Origin: Phyllosticta citribraziliensis | Lineage: Eukaryota | DNA length: 64,000 nucleotides | Assembly (NCBI RefSeq): GCF_038025025.1 | Contig: NW_027117349.1 | Span: forward strand, 1,116,001-1,180,000 | Direction of reading: 5' to 3' | In this document: positions 10,865 through 22,477 of the stretch, in pieces | Numbering within the stretch: position 1 is the stretch's first letter | Layout of the letters: each line of letters opens with the position of its first letter | Position numbers and translations under genes: made by a program | Notes under the pieces: generated by a model | The model's input: only the letters and a program-made list of their open reading frames with translations | What the model was told of the DNA's origin: nothing | The model's database searches: none

Positions 10865-13180
10865 ATGGCAGCCACGGGCGTCCCTCCAGAGAAGTACTAC
10901 GAAGAAGAGAAGCGTGGATCGGTTGCCGAAGGAGAGGTGTCGTCCACGGACCAAGGCCACGACCATGGCGCCGAATCCGAGCTCCAGCGCCTGCTCAGCA
11001 CGCGGCACTTGACCATGATTGCGCTGGGTTCCTCCATTGGCATGGGACTCTGGCTGGGCAGTGGTACAAGTTTGACCAATGGCGGTCCTGCCGGCAAGTC
11101 GAGCCTAGCCTTTCCAAATGCCCGCTTGCTTATCGTGATTCCCAAGGTATCTTCATTGGCTACCTATTGGCTGGCTCGATGATTTGGGCCGTTTCGCATT
11201 CGATTGGCGAAATGGCCATCATGTATCCTCTCCCGTCGGCGTATGTTCAGTGGACAAGTAAATTCATTTGCCCTGCAGCTGCCTTTGCGCTTGGTTGGGT
11301 ACGTCCCCGACGCCTTGAATCCATCCCGCAAGCCACGGATCTGACAGTCTGCAGAGTTATTGGTTCTCATACGTTATTACGATTGCGAACGAACTTGCGG
11401 TAAGTCAGCACAGCAAATTCCTATCGCACGAGAACTCGGCAATACGGCATCCACCCAATTGGACGACTTCAGGTGGAGAGGAGCAGTAGTAGGGTGGGTG
11501 GTGCGGCGCGAGCACATCGTGACGGCTACCCATCCCCACCATCTTCTCGCGGTCCTTTATGGATTCCTATGAAGAGAATTGCTTTGTATTTGGCTTGCTG
11601 ACATTATAAATAGGCTGCTCATACTGTCTTGAGCTTCTGGACCACAAAGGTTCCTACTGCCGCCTGGATCACAATCTTCTGGGCAGTCATTATAGCCATC
11701 AACATAGGAGCCGTTACGATCTTTGGCGAGGTTGAAGTCGTAGCAAGTTCAATAAAGTTTGGATGGATCTTCGTTGTCATCTTTTCAATGATAGGTAAGT
11801 CTTTCTGCAGCTGTGGGCGTTATTGGGGAGGAAAAAAGGGGGCGAAAGGGGGACTTTTTTTTTTTTTTTTTCCCCGCTCCCCGCCACCCCTGGACTCCTG
11901 GACGCGAGCAAAGCATGCTAACGCCTTACCAGTCATCTCCGCTGGCGGTGCTCCCAATCATGACGCCGTGGGCTTCCGCTACTGGAACGCAGAGCCCTTT
12001 ACCAACGGCTTCAAAGGATGGTACGTATCTCTCGACCACAACACCACCAACCACCCCTATCCCCACTAACAACCACACCAGGCTCTCCGTCATGCCAACC
12101 TGCATCTTCGCCATGTCGGGAGGTGAAAACTCCGGCCTTGTCGCCTCCGAGATGCGCAACCCAAGGAAATCAGTTCCGCGCGCCGTCAGTTCGATCTGGG
12201 TTCGACTTGCGCTGTTTTACCTGCTTGGCTCGCTCATGATCACTATCACCGTGTCGCCGTATAACCCGGACTTGTTTGGTGGCTCGGGCACGAATGCTTC
12301 GCCGTTTGTTATTGCGTACCGCGATGCGGGACTGGAGCCGGTAAGACTGTCTATGCCCCACCCCCTGCATACCCACCGATGTTACCCCTGAAACACCCCG
12401 AAAAGCCGTCTCTGCCTTGGCAACCAGCACGTAGCCCCTGCTAACCCACTGCCACCACAGCTCGCCCACATCATGAACGCCGTCATCTTCATCTCCGTCA
12501 TCAGCACGGGCTCGATCTCCGGCTACGGCGGCTCGCGCACAACCGTCGGACTCGCGCAACTCGGCATGGCGCCCAAAATCTTCACCAAAGCGGACAAGAC
12601 GGGGCGGCCGTGGGCAGGGCTGGTCAGCACGCTGCTGCTGGGCGGCGGACTGGCGTACCTCAACGTGTCGGAGAACGGGGCCAACGTCTTCACGTGGTTC
12701 AGCAACCTGACGTCGCTGTTCACGCTGTTCGGGTGGGGCTCCATCTGCCTGTCGCACATCCGCATGCGCCGCGCCTGGGCGCTGCAGGGCCGCGCCCCCG
12801 ACGCCCTGCCCTGGCGGAGCTGGGTCTTCCCCTACGCCGCCTGGTGGGGCTTCGTCTGGTGCGTCATCCTCATCGTCGTCGAGTTTTACCTCGCTGTTTG
12901 GCCGCTCGGCGAGAAGAGCAGCGTCAAGACTTTCTTTGCGAATTATGTCAGTATTGTCTTGGTCGTCGTGCTCTACTTGGGCGCCAAGATCTTTTATTAT
13001 AGGGGCCCATTGTTGGTCGATTTGAAGACGGTCAACCTGGATGAGGGGAGGCGATTCTACGTTGATGCCGCGCCGGAGGATGGCATCGCGGACGAGGCGG
13101 GCTTGGGTGGTGAGAAGAAGAAGTTTACGCCTAAGAAGGCGGCCATGGGCGTTGCCAAGTTCTTTGGTGGAGAGTTGTAG
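10865..13180 (+). CDS. Amino acid permease (APC/YAT family), 7 exons
   Basis: LQRLLSTRHLTMIALGSSIGMGLWLGSG, FGEVE, GFRYW, SEMRNPRKSVPRA, SPFVIA. Introns at ~11094-11146 (GC-AG), 11299-11354, 11400-11613, 11795-11931, 12021-12081 and 12341-12460. Confidence 0.94.
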
Positions 13181-13466
13181 GGCCTTTGCGTGTGTTTGAC
13201 TAGAAAAGTTGGCTGTGGCCGTTTTGAATATCACAGAATTTGGAATTTTGACTGATGCAACGTTTTGATGATCTGAAGGCTGTTCCTTGGCCTGATGCCT
13301 TTCTGTGGTGGTGCCTGTTTACACGAATGCTTGATTCTCGACAAATATCAATACAGCAACTTACTCGCCAACTCCAAAGTCCCCAGAACACTTCACAACC
13401 ACAACGACTCACTCACCTTCGCCTGTGCTCTCCCACAAATACATCTCACTCTCTTCAACATCTCAC

Positions 13467-14262
13467 TCACCACATCCTATACTTGACGACATCGACCCTG
13501 CCCATCGTCGCCCACGCACCCGCAAACGCTGCCACGATGCTCAAGCCTGCCCTCCCCAGGTTTGCCGTGGCCCACCAATCAACCAGCGCATGCATGGTCT
13601 CGTTGCGCTTCGCATCGACGACGCCGTCCAGCGCCACATCTTCGCGTCCAACGTCGACAGTGCTAGCTGTAATCGAGGCGCTGGCGCTAGGACTAGCGGC
13701 GCTCGCGTGGTCCGCTTCGCCCAGCAACTGCAGCTCGGCTTTGCGCAGCGCAATAAAGGTAAAGGGAACTTGGACGGGGAGGAGAAGAACAGCGGCGGTG
13801 GTGTAGAGGCGGAAAGGGAGGGAGCCGTTCGGTTCTGCGGGCTGTCAGTGGCTGCTGCGTCGGCCATGCAGATATCCGAGTACCTCGAGAAGCTAGCCAC
13901 GCAAAGAGCGCGGTGGATGCTGCGAGCAGCGGGGTGCCGATTTGGTGGGCAATGCGGTAGCCGGTGCGCCACTGGCGGGCGAGCAGGGTGCCGCTGGGCG
14001 CGGAGAGCAGGGCGGGTGTGAGGAGGTACGATGTCGACGCCGTATGGCCTAGGGGCAGAGTCGCCGACTGTCAGCGTGAAACTCGCGGACTTGTGCGCGG
14101 ATACGCGGTTGTTTCGTTGGCCGCCCAGCTGGTCGCGTGAGGTGAGGCGAGCGAGCGAGCTTCCTTACCAGCAAGGAACGCGGTGACGGTGACGCCAACG
14201 GCCTGCGCCAGACGCACTGTGACGGGGACGGGCTCGAGCAGAGCCACTGGAGGCGGCGACAT
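13467..14262 (-). CDS. DUF1772 / anthrone-oxygenase-like small membrane protein, 3 exons
   Basis: Spliced reading MSPPP...AQAVGVTVTAFLAGHTASTSYLLTPALLSAPSGTLLARQWRTGY...VPFTFIAL...HALVDWWATANLGRAGL; GTAAGG..CTAG and GTACTC..GCAG introns. Confidence 0.78.
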
Positions 14263-16610
14263 GATGGTGAAGTCGGAGTATATGGGACAGAGGTCAGCGA
14301 TCAGAAGCGCGGTGGGCGCGGGTGTTTAAGAGGGCGGCGGGAAGGGCAGGTGGAGATGGTGTCATGGGCGAGTTCCCCGCGCCAACCTAACGCCCTGCAG
14401 GTCCAGGACGGCGGGCTGGGCCGGGCTGCATCCCTGCGCGTTTGCGGCCACCACATGCCGTCTCTTGCCATCAACTGAGCGTGTCATTCGAGCTGCTGCT
14501 GATGATGGTTTGCTTCCTCCGCCATCCTGCGCGCAGACTACATGGACCGTACTGTAGCTGTGCACGACCGCCGCTCGGGCGCTTGGGTGGGACCCTGTCC
14601 CGGCTCTACCCGCCGCCTTCTCCACATCACCATGGGAGGCCCGGACATCCCCGCCAGCTCCTTGCCCGATTATGAAGTTCTCGTTGGACGTCAATCCAAC
14701 CAACGTTGTGTCGTCGCGCGCGTCTGGAGAAGACTGTTGCTCACTGCTAGGTAGTCGAGTCTTGATTTGGACCAAGATTTTAATTCGTCTCCAGCTACAC
14801 TTCTTCTGTCTCGCCTCACTGTCGAGTGTCGGTTGGAAAGCCCTCGGAAACTGGTGGCCGCATTGTTACCGTTGGTGGCGCTGCTCGACGCATTCTCGAC
14901 TCTATCCTTGATTCCATTGACGAACAATACCTGCTACATGCGTATGCGGACAATGTACAGTCAAGACAGGACCACTCTCCAGCATGTTGAACAAACATCT
15001 TCTGCTGCTCCACGCGCGTTAAATAGTGGAATTGTTGGTAAAGACTGTATTCTGATGGACTCGATCGTTGAAGATTGAGCGCCGTGTAAAATAACCGAAA
15101 CCACCCCGCTACTCGTTCGTCTCTCCAACGGTAGAGACTGTGTTTCTAATCCACTACTCAGTGAAGTACCCGAAATACCCCATCCCCGTCAAACCGAGTC
15201 CAGTAACCAAAACTCAACACCTCCACAATCTTCCCACGTCTTTGCTCTGTTTACGAGGATATCTGTACTTTCTCGTTGGTGTCTTTCCCATCTTCGTCGC
15301 TAACCCCCCAATTAGTTGTCATTCAAGGTTCATTTATTAGACGCACCTCTTTGGCTGTGCCGCACACAAAGGACAGGGACCAGGGATGGAAGTGGATCCA
15401 AAAACAGCATCGGTGCTTGGTTTCATGTCGGGGCAGTGGTGCAAGGTTGATGGGATCCGTTTACACTTGGTGACAAGTCTTTGTGATATAGAATGCTTAG
15501 GATCTTTGCTGCACGCCCTATAGATGAGGTTCAAGTTGGAGACATTGCACATTTTGGAACAAGTGAGCTTATGGCTGATGAAAGAGTAGCTTGAGATCTG
15601 AAGTGCAACATGGCAGCGATGATCTGTCTTTTGTATCCATTCGAGAGGCTTGTGTGACATTCTGATAGCTGTCATGCCGTGGACAGAGGCTGTTGGCGTT
15701 TTCCAATCTGATTCTACTCTGGATTATGGTGCAAGAATCCCAAGACTAGATGCGTAAGAGGCTTGCATGAAATGTTGGTTCTCTCGCCAAAGACTGCTTG
15801 TAGTGGAAACCAATACAACAATCACAGACTTGCCGCAGAACCGTTGCGCGACTTCTTCCAGGATTCTGTTGCCTGATATCATTACGGACTCGCTATTGGT
15901 AAACGGAACATGTGTTGGTGTCGGAAGCGACTGATGTTCAGATGACGTGTATAGATTGTTCCCCGGTGAGAGGACCAACATACACGCCACAATGATCCTG
16001 GCGCCTATATTTTGTCGAATTCCAGCTTTGGAAACATGCATTCAGCATTTGAGTCGCCCTGTAGGACGCAAATCAACGATAGAAGTTTCCATTTGAAGAC
16101 TTGGTCGCTCCATGTACAGCTTCCCAAGCTCTGTGTTGCAAAGTGGTGTTCGATATTTCACACATCTAGCTTTAGAAAAGCGTACGTACGGACGCTGGCG
16201 ACATTGAAGCAGGTGGTTTGATGCGGGATACAGTATTGTAGACAAGTTCCACAAATAGCAGGTTGCAGCACTGGCTGTGGTACAAAGAATGTGATGGGGC
16301 GCTTATGCTGCAGTCGACCCTACCCTTGCAGGTGCGTGGCTCCGAGAGCCCCCGGAAGCGGCACAGCGCTAAGGTACATGTACTTAAGAGCATTCTTTCC
16401 CCCAAATGCGCAACACTGCTCTCGACTCTTCAAGTCCTAACTCAATCTCGCCCCCAAAAGTCTGACCGCCGGATAGCACAAAGTAGCAACCGCGTCCCGA
16501 TACCTGCTCGCTCGAAGCCTTACAAAACACTACAACCCTTCCTCTCATTTCATGTGCCAGCTCAAGTCGGTCGCTGCGCTCGAAACCGTGCCTTCCTCGA
16601 TCCAGACATC

Positions 16611-17435
16611 ATGATAGTAGACGGTTTGGAAACAGATGACCCATGGTTGCTCGGCATCGGCGGCTCTGGTAATGTTACCCTGCATGACGATTCCACCGTC
16701 ATGAAAGGGTACATCAGCTATCAAGACGGCATACAACGCGGATTTCGAGAAGGCTATCAGACAGACGAGGAGCTCAAGAAAAGAAATGCGAGGGAGCGGG
16801 AGGTCTATGAAAGACTCAGCACCAATGAAGAACTGAAGATTTTGAAATACCATGGTTCTGTCGAGCTGGAGCCGGGTCACTTCGGCATACATTTGGAATT
16901 GGCCAAAAATCGCGATCTCCGAAAATACATCCGGAGGAACCGACCGGAAGACCATCCATTCGAGCAGCGTCTTGGATGGGCCATCGACATGGCAGATACC
17001 TTGGAAGGGATACACTCCATGGGCGTGATCCACTGCGACTTTAGCTGCCGCAATGTCTTGGTCACCGAAGCCCTTTCCCTGAGGGTCGCAGATTTCGACG
17101 GCTCGAAGCTGGATGAAAAAGCTCCCATGTCTTGTGAGGAGCCGTGGTACGCGATACCCATGCGCGGAAGGAAGTGGGATGATATCCCGCTCATGAAGAG
17201 GGAGTTATTCGCTCTTGGTTGTGGCATCTACGAAGTCATGGCATGGCAGAAACCGTGTGGAGATTTAGATATGAACGAGGTGGAGAAAGCGTATGAGCGA
17301 GGAGAGCTTCCGGACATCAGTGACGTCCCATGCGCAGACGTCATCCGAAAATGCTGGAATGAAGAGTTTGAGAGCGCAGAAGACGTCGCGGTAGCGTTGC
17401 GTGCATATCGCCAGGAACAACAGGAGAAAGTTTGA
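16611..17435 (+). CDS. Atypical fungal protein kinase-like protein, intronless
   Basis: Gly loop LGIGGSGNV, VMK, alphaC REREVYERL, catalytic loop HCDFSCRN, VADFDG, ELFALGCGIYEV, IRKCW. Confidence 0.85.
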   Translation: MIVDGLETDDPWLLGIGGSGNVTLHDDSTVMKGYISYQDGIQRGFREGYQTDEELKKRNAREREVYERLSTNEELKILKYHGSVELEPGHFGIHLELAKNRDLRKYIRRNRPEDHPFEQRLGWAIDMADTLEGIHSMGVIHCDFSCRNVLVTEALSLRVADFDGSKLDEKAPMSCEEPWYAIPMRGRKWDDIPLMKRELFALGCGIYEVMAWQKPCGDLDMNEVEKAYERGELPDISDVPCADVIRKCWNEEFESAEDVAVALRAYRQEQQEKV

Positions 17436-18078
17436 GGAACTGTCTTCCTTTAGGGCCGCAAGTCTCAGACCATCGTTTTCCTATTCTCCTATGCTTTGCT
17501 CAATGTAGCTCTCAACATTACCCTCGGCAACTCACGCAGATACTGGACAGCGAGCTTGAACCTGAGCCATTGGGCAAAAGCAGGCCGCACTGGACATCTA
17601 ACCAAGGCGTACAACGAGAGACGCAATGAACAAGACGCTGAACAATGCGCTGCCATGATCACCTTATCAGGAAGCATACTCACCATTCAAGAAGAGCGAG
17701 TCATGACGAAGATAAAAACTAAGAACAAAAAGAGAGGAGACAGTTCATCCAAAAAGGTGGGTAGCAACCTTCAAAAGGGGGAGTCAGTACGGAAGGCATC
17801 TTTATAGCCAAGACCGGCTCGTACTCAAAGCAGATCAACGCACCAAAATCTCCACATATTTGCCGATTTCAGCTGCCAGGTTTTCCGGCTCGGATCACAC
17901 ATTGGAGCGTGAGCAGACGCCGAGCCTAACAACGTACGAACTATAGCTCGCCACCCATGGCATTTCTAATGCAAACTTGCTCGTTTCCGAGTGCCGAATC
18001 GGCATCACCACGTCAATAAAGGCTTTGCCCGAGTCTGAGGGCCCGTCGCTGGGCGTCCGCAACAGCTCCGATTCCACG

Positions 18079-20080
18079 ATGCGTTTTGGACGAATCGCGT
18101 GCTGGCCGCGAGACACTTGGATCCCGGAGATCGTCTCCGTGGCACTGTCTCTGGCGGCGTGGGCCGTGAACATGGCGCTGCTGGGTGCTTTCAACGGCCA
18201 GCCGGTCTTTGAGTGGCACAAAGCCACGCTCAACACGCTCGTTTCTGTTTTTTCGACCCTTTCGCGCGTGCTGTTGCTCTTTGCCGTGTCTTCGGCGCTC
18301 GGACAGTGGAAGTACATTGCGTTTGCCCAACAGCAGAGGAAACTCATCGAATTTCAGCATTTCGACCAGGCGAGTCGAGGAGCTCATGGCAGTCTCATGT
18401 TGCTATGGAGCACTGGGCTAAGGTATTTTTTAGTGTTGCCTTTTCAATCTACTGCTAAAAATTGTCTTAGATCTCTGGCTGGGTTGGGCGCCTTGATCAT
18501 GGTCGTGTCGCTGGCTATTGATCCTTTCACTCAGTCCATCATGTCTTTTTCGACGCGACAAACGAGTGAGATGCCGTCGTCGATATCGCGGGCGCTTCGA
18601 TACTCGAAAGGAACACAACTGGTTGATTTAGAAGATAGTACGGGACAAGCGCTTCTGAGATGGTAGCGCCGCAGCTGACGAGCAAACAGGGGTTGGTTCC
18701 ATCTACGACGGGATCAAGGGAATCACCTCGATTCCCGACTTTTCGATGCAGTTGTCGATTCTCGCAGGCTTTTCTGGTCAACGCTCCGCTGTACACACCT
18801 CGGTGTTTTTTACGTGTGCGTCCAATACTTGCGAATGGGAGCCGTTCGAATCGCTGGGCGTGTGCAGCAAATGCAACAACGTCAATTCGTCACTGGAAGT
18901 GACAAGTTTATACCACTCGTCGTACATTACGCTATACGACATGACGACGCGGCGGCAAAATCCCAGGCGCTCGTTTGCTGGACAAATCGTGCAAGTTCGG
19001 CTACCAAACGGGCTGTTCATGGACGGCTGGCCAGCCCGAACGGCGGACGCAGCACCGGAACAAGTCGCCATGGTGAGCTCTGGAACGACGGACCCAAACG
19101 CGACCATTTCGTTCAAAGACTTCGACACGCTCTTGTACGCCATGTCGTTCATCAAGGCTCCGCCCGACGTCGATGTCACCGAGGACTTTCCCGACGTCCC
19201 CCTGGAAGCGACCGAGTGCGCGCTGTACTATTGCGTCAACGAGTACTCCCCCAGCGCCCATAACGGCACGCTGCACGAGCCCGTCCGCGAAGTATCACGC
19301 GAGCAAACACCTGGCTCCTGGCGCGCCGTCAACCAGTCACTTGCGCCCAACTACCACCCGACATCACTTGCCCAAACGATCAACTTCCCGCGGACAGATC
19401 TGGAGCTCGTCGGTTCATACAACATATCGCAGGCGGCCATCAACGGGCTGGGGACGTACATGTCCAGCCTGACACAAGAGCGCTTCAGCCCCATCGCCAA
19501 CGCGAACCTGACGGACGTGACGGGCTTCTACAGTGCCAGCCCGTCCGGCGACCGGTTCCAGTTCGCCCCGGACGTCATGAAGCCGCTGTACGACGCTTAC
19601 ACGCTCGACTCGACGTTCTCGTGGCTGGCGCACTCCATGTCGAGCAACATGCGCGTCAACGCCGACGCCGGCACGATGACCTTTGGCCAGACGGGCATCA
19701 CGGCGTACCTGGTCCACTGGCCGCGTATTGCGCTGCCGCTGCTGGAGTGCGTGGGCGCGTGCGTCTTTCTCGCCATCACCATCGCCAAGAGTCGCTCGCT
19801 CAAGGTGGCGCTGTGGAAGTCGAGTTCGCTGGCCATGCTGGCGTGTGGAGCGAACGTGCCTGCGGCGTTTGGGGCGGCGCGCTCGTTGAGCGATATGGAG
19901 GTTGCGGCCGAGAAGATGGCGATTCCTTTGATGGCGTTTGATGGTGAGGAGCTGGGTAAGTCAATCCTGTTTGCACAAGGACGATTTGATGGGAGTTGAT
20001 GCTGATGTTTGGCAGCGACGCTTCGCAAGACGAATACATCACAGTCGGAGCTGCTCCCCTCGACGAAGATGGATGGTTGA
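18079..20080 (+). CDS. DUF3176 domain membrane protein, ~4 exons (start uncertain)
   Basis: W.PEI..., TLNTLVSVFST, ALGQWKY, FDQASRG..GSL.LLW, DPFTQ, C.SNTCEW..FESLGVCSKC, ATECALYYCV, LWKSSSLA. Introns at ~18423-18470, ~18637-18686 and ~19956-20015. Confidence 0.85.
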
Positions 20081-22477
20081 AGATGTTTTCACGGAGGATG
20101 CGTGAAAAGACGGGCTAAAGGGGATTGAGGCGTCGCCGCACGACTGGAACACCTCTGCCCCTGACCTGCGCAAACCCCTCCCCTTTTGTGTGCTGCCTTT
20201 TCTTTGGCCATCTCATCTCTGGTGCACAGGTGTTGTTGCTGGAATCAAGGCGCAGAGCAAAGAGCTTTAATACTCGAACGCCGCATAGTAATCAGCTGAA
20301 AGAAAGGCCAGCAGCGTGCTTGTGCGCAGCATGACCGTAGCAGCTGCAACACCTCGAGCCCAGCGGCGCAAAGCTCTGACTGCTGTGTTATCTGCGCGAG
20401 ATGAGTGACGCGCTCAAGCTTATAGTCAGCAGACGTGACGAGTGGGAGCGAAGGAGGCCGCGATTGCACCGCCCGCCGGTCGTCGGCCTAGAGGCGCAGG
20501 TATAAAAGCTGCTGTCCCAGTGGTGCGGTTTCAGTCTCTCAACAGCAGTGGACGGCCGTCGAGTTTTGCAGAAACCACGAGGCGACAACCGACTGGTTCT
20601 CGATGCTATCGAAAAAGAAACGTACTGTTTCGGCAACCCAACGAAAAACAACCGACTCTGGGCTTCGGGCGCTCATTGCAAGCCAGAAATTGACTCACTT
20701 GTCTCCCATCCACACTTACCTCCGCATCATATCGCCGTCTTCCATCAGCATTCTGTGATGATGAGACGCAGCATGACTAGAAAGTGACGAACCACACCCT
20801 AAACAGCAAACACAAATACAGCAAAAGCAGAAAGAGAGACGGCGAAACAGAAAGCAGTAGGTGAATGGCGGACGAACAGCCAAACAGCAGTAACTTCTCG
20901 CTCTGCTTTTTCGTTCCAGCCTGCACGTCGCAGTGATGGATTCAGAGAAGCGGCGGCGGAAGTCGACGTGTTTTATAGCCGAGTGCTCCACGTGTCAGGG
21001 GAAAAATCAGGAGACGGTGACGTCACACGCGACTGCTCCCTCCCAAACACTGCACAGCTGAATGATGGTGTTGAGTGTTGTCGCCAATGTTGTTGAAGAG
21101 CGAAGTCCAAAGACATTGGTTTTTATCGGTCCCAACAGCACCGCGGGAAAAAAAAAAAAAAAAAAATGAAACACCAATGACCACCACACGCCCATCTGAT
21201 CTTCTCAAATTCCCAGATCGACTCACCTTTTCCAGCGCGATGCGTGCGTGGTGCACCAACACAACACGACAATGCTCGCCAGCCCAGCCAGCCAGCCACA
21301 GCCGAGCGATCCGCCCCGGCGGGCAGCGCACCACAGCCGCGCCCCCGAAAAGCCGACTCTCAACTACCGAGCTATCTGGCACCCATCTGCCTGGGCTGGC
21401 TGGCTGGCTGGCTGGCTGGCTGGGGCAGCGCGCCTCGGCACTTGAGTTCGGCCTCGCGGCGCACATACGTAGCTCCAAGCCAAGTCGATTTCGCGATCCC
21501 AGTCAGCACTCCGCGGCGGTCCACCAGTGCGTGTGTTGCGCAATAGCGAGGGAGCTTGCGGTAGAGAGGAGGATGCAGAGGACAGGACGTGAGGCGGTGC
21601 GCGGTAAGGCGGCCGTCGGATTGGTTGGCTGGCTTGACCGGCGAAGGCTGCCTGGGAGAGCGACGGCTAGTGAGGTGGTGTCTGAGTGGCTGCGCGGCTC
21701 GTGGTGGCTTGTGGCTCCCCCGCACTCTGTTCCTAGCTGCTTCGGGGGGTGGCGCTGGGTGGGTGTGGGGTTGTTGTGGCGTCGTCCCCGTTGATGTCCC
21801 CACAGCGTCATCATCGTCGACCATCAACGACGACTGAACAACAATAACGGCTGCACGTTGCTTGCCTCGACTCTGCTTGCGCAAAAAACGGCGGGATCAT
21901 CAGCCGTGCCACCCTCACCGTTTCGACGCATCAACCGCTCAACCCACAAAGCAAAAAGCTTCCATCCAGGGAAACACCCGCTTGCCGCCGGCTGCTAGCT
22001 ACCTTACCCACCTCACCAGCTCAACCCTGCACGTCCGTCGACCAGCGGCGACACCGAGGCTCAACTGCCGAAGGTTAGACCAGCGGGCAGGGCAGAGAGC
22101 ATGGCAGCGCTCGCACATCAGCCTTTTGGCACCCAAGAACTGCCGTTTCGGCACTTGAGCTTGCGCGGTGTTCGGTCGTCACATTGCTGCTGGGCCCATT
22201 TGCCTGCGTGAGTCTGCAGGGGCAAGCGGCGCGGAAGTATGGGATAAGCAGAGGGTTCGGTCGGCGGCTTGGAGAGTCCGAGGGCTGGCTGGTTGGCTGG
22301 CTGTGTTGATGCCGCTGGCTCTGTGGTGGTGAAGGGGGTTAGATACATATACATATACTTTGCCATCTCCTAGACATTCAATTCTATCAGGACCTTCTCC
22401 GTTGCTTCCATTGCTGTTGCTGCTGCTGCTGTTGTTGTTCAACACACACACCACCCACACCACACCACATCGCAACC

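Noticed and set aside
12170..13234. 354-aa minus-strand ORF, and similar ORFs at 23271-24233, 25289-26416 and 36874-37608
   Set aside because: Antisense shadows of GC-rich real genes with no motifs of their own.
16263..16610. N-terminal extension of the kinase ORF from TTG
   Set aside because: Non-ATG start and no protein-like features; ATG 16611 sits just before the Gly loop.
20988..21026. CACGTG and TGACGTCA sites upstream of the P450
   Set aside because: Single short motifs ~1.4 kb from the ATG, expected by chance.
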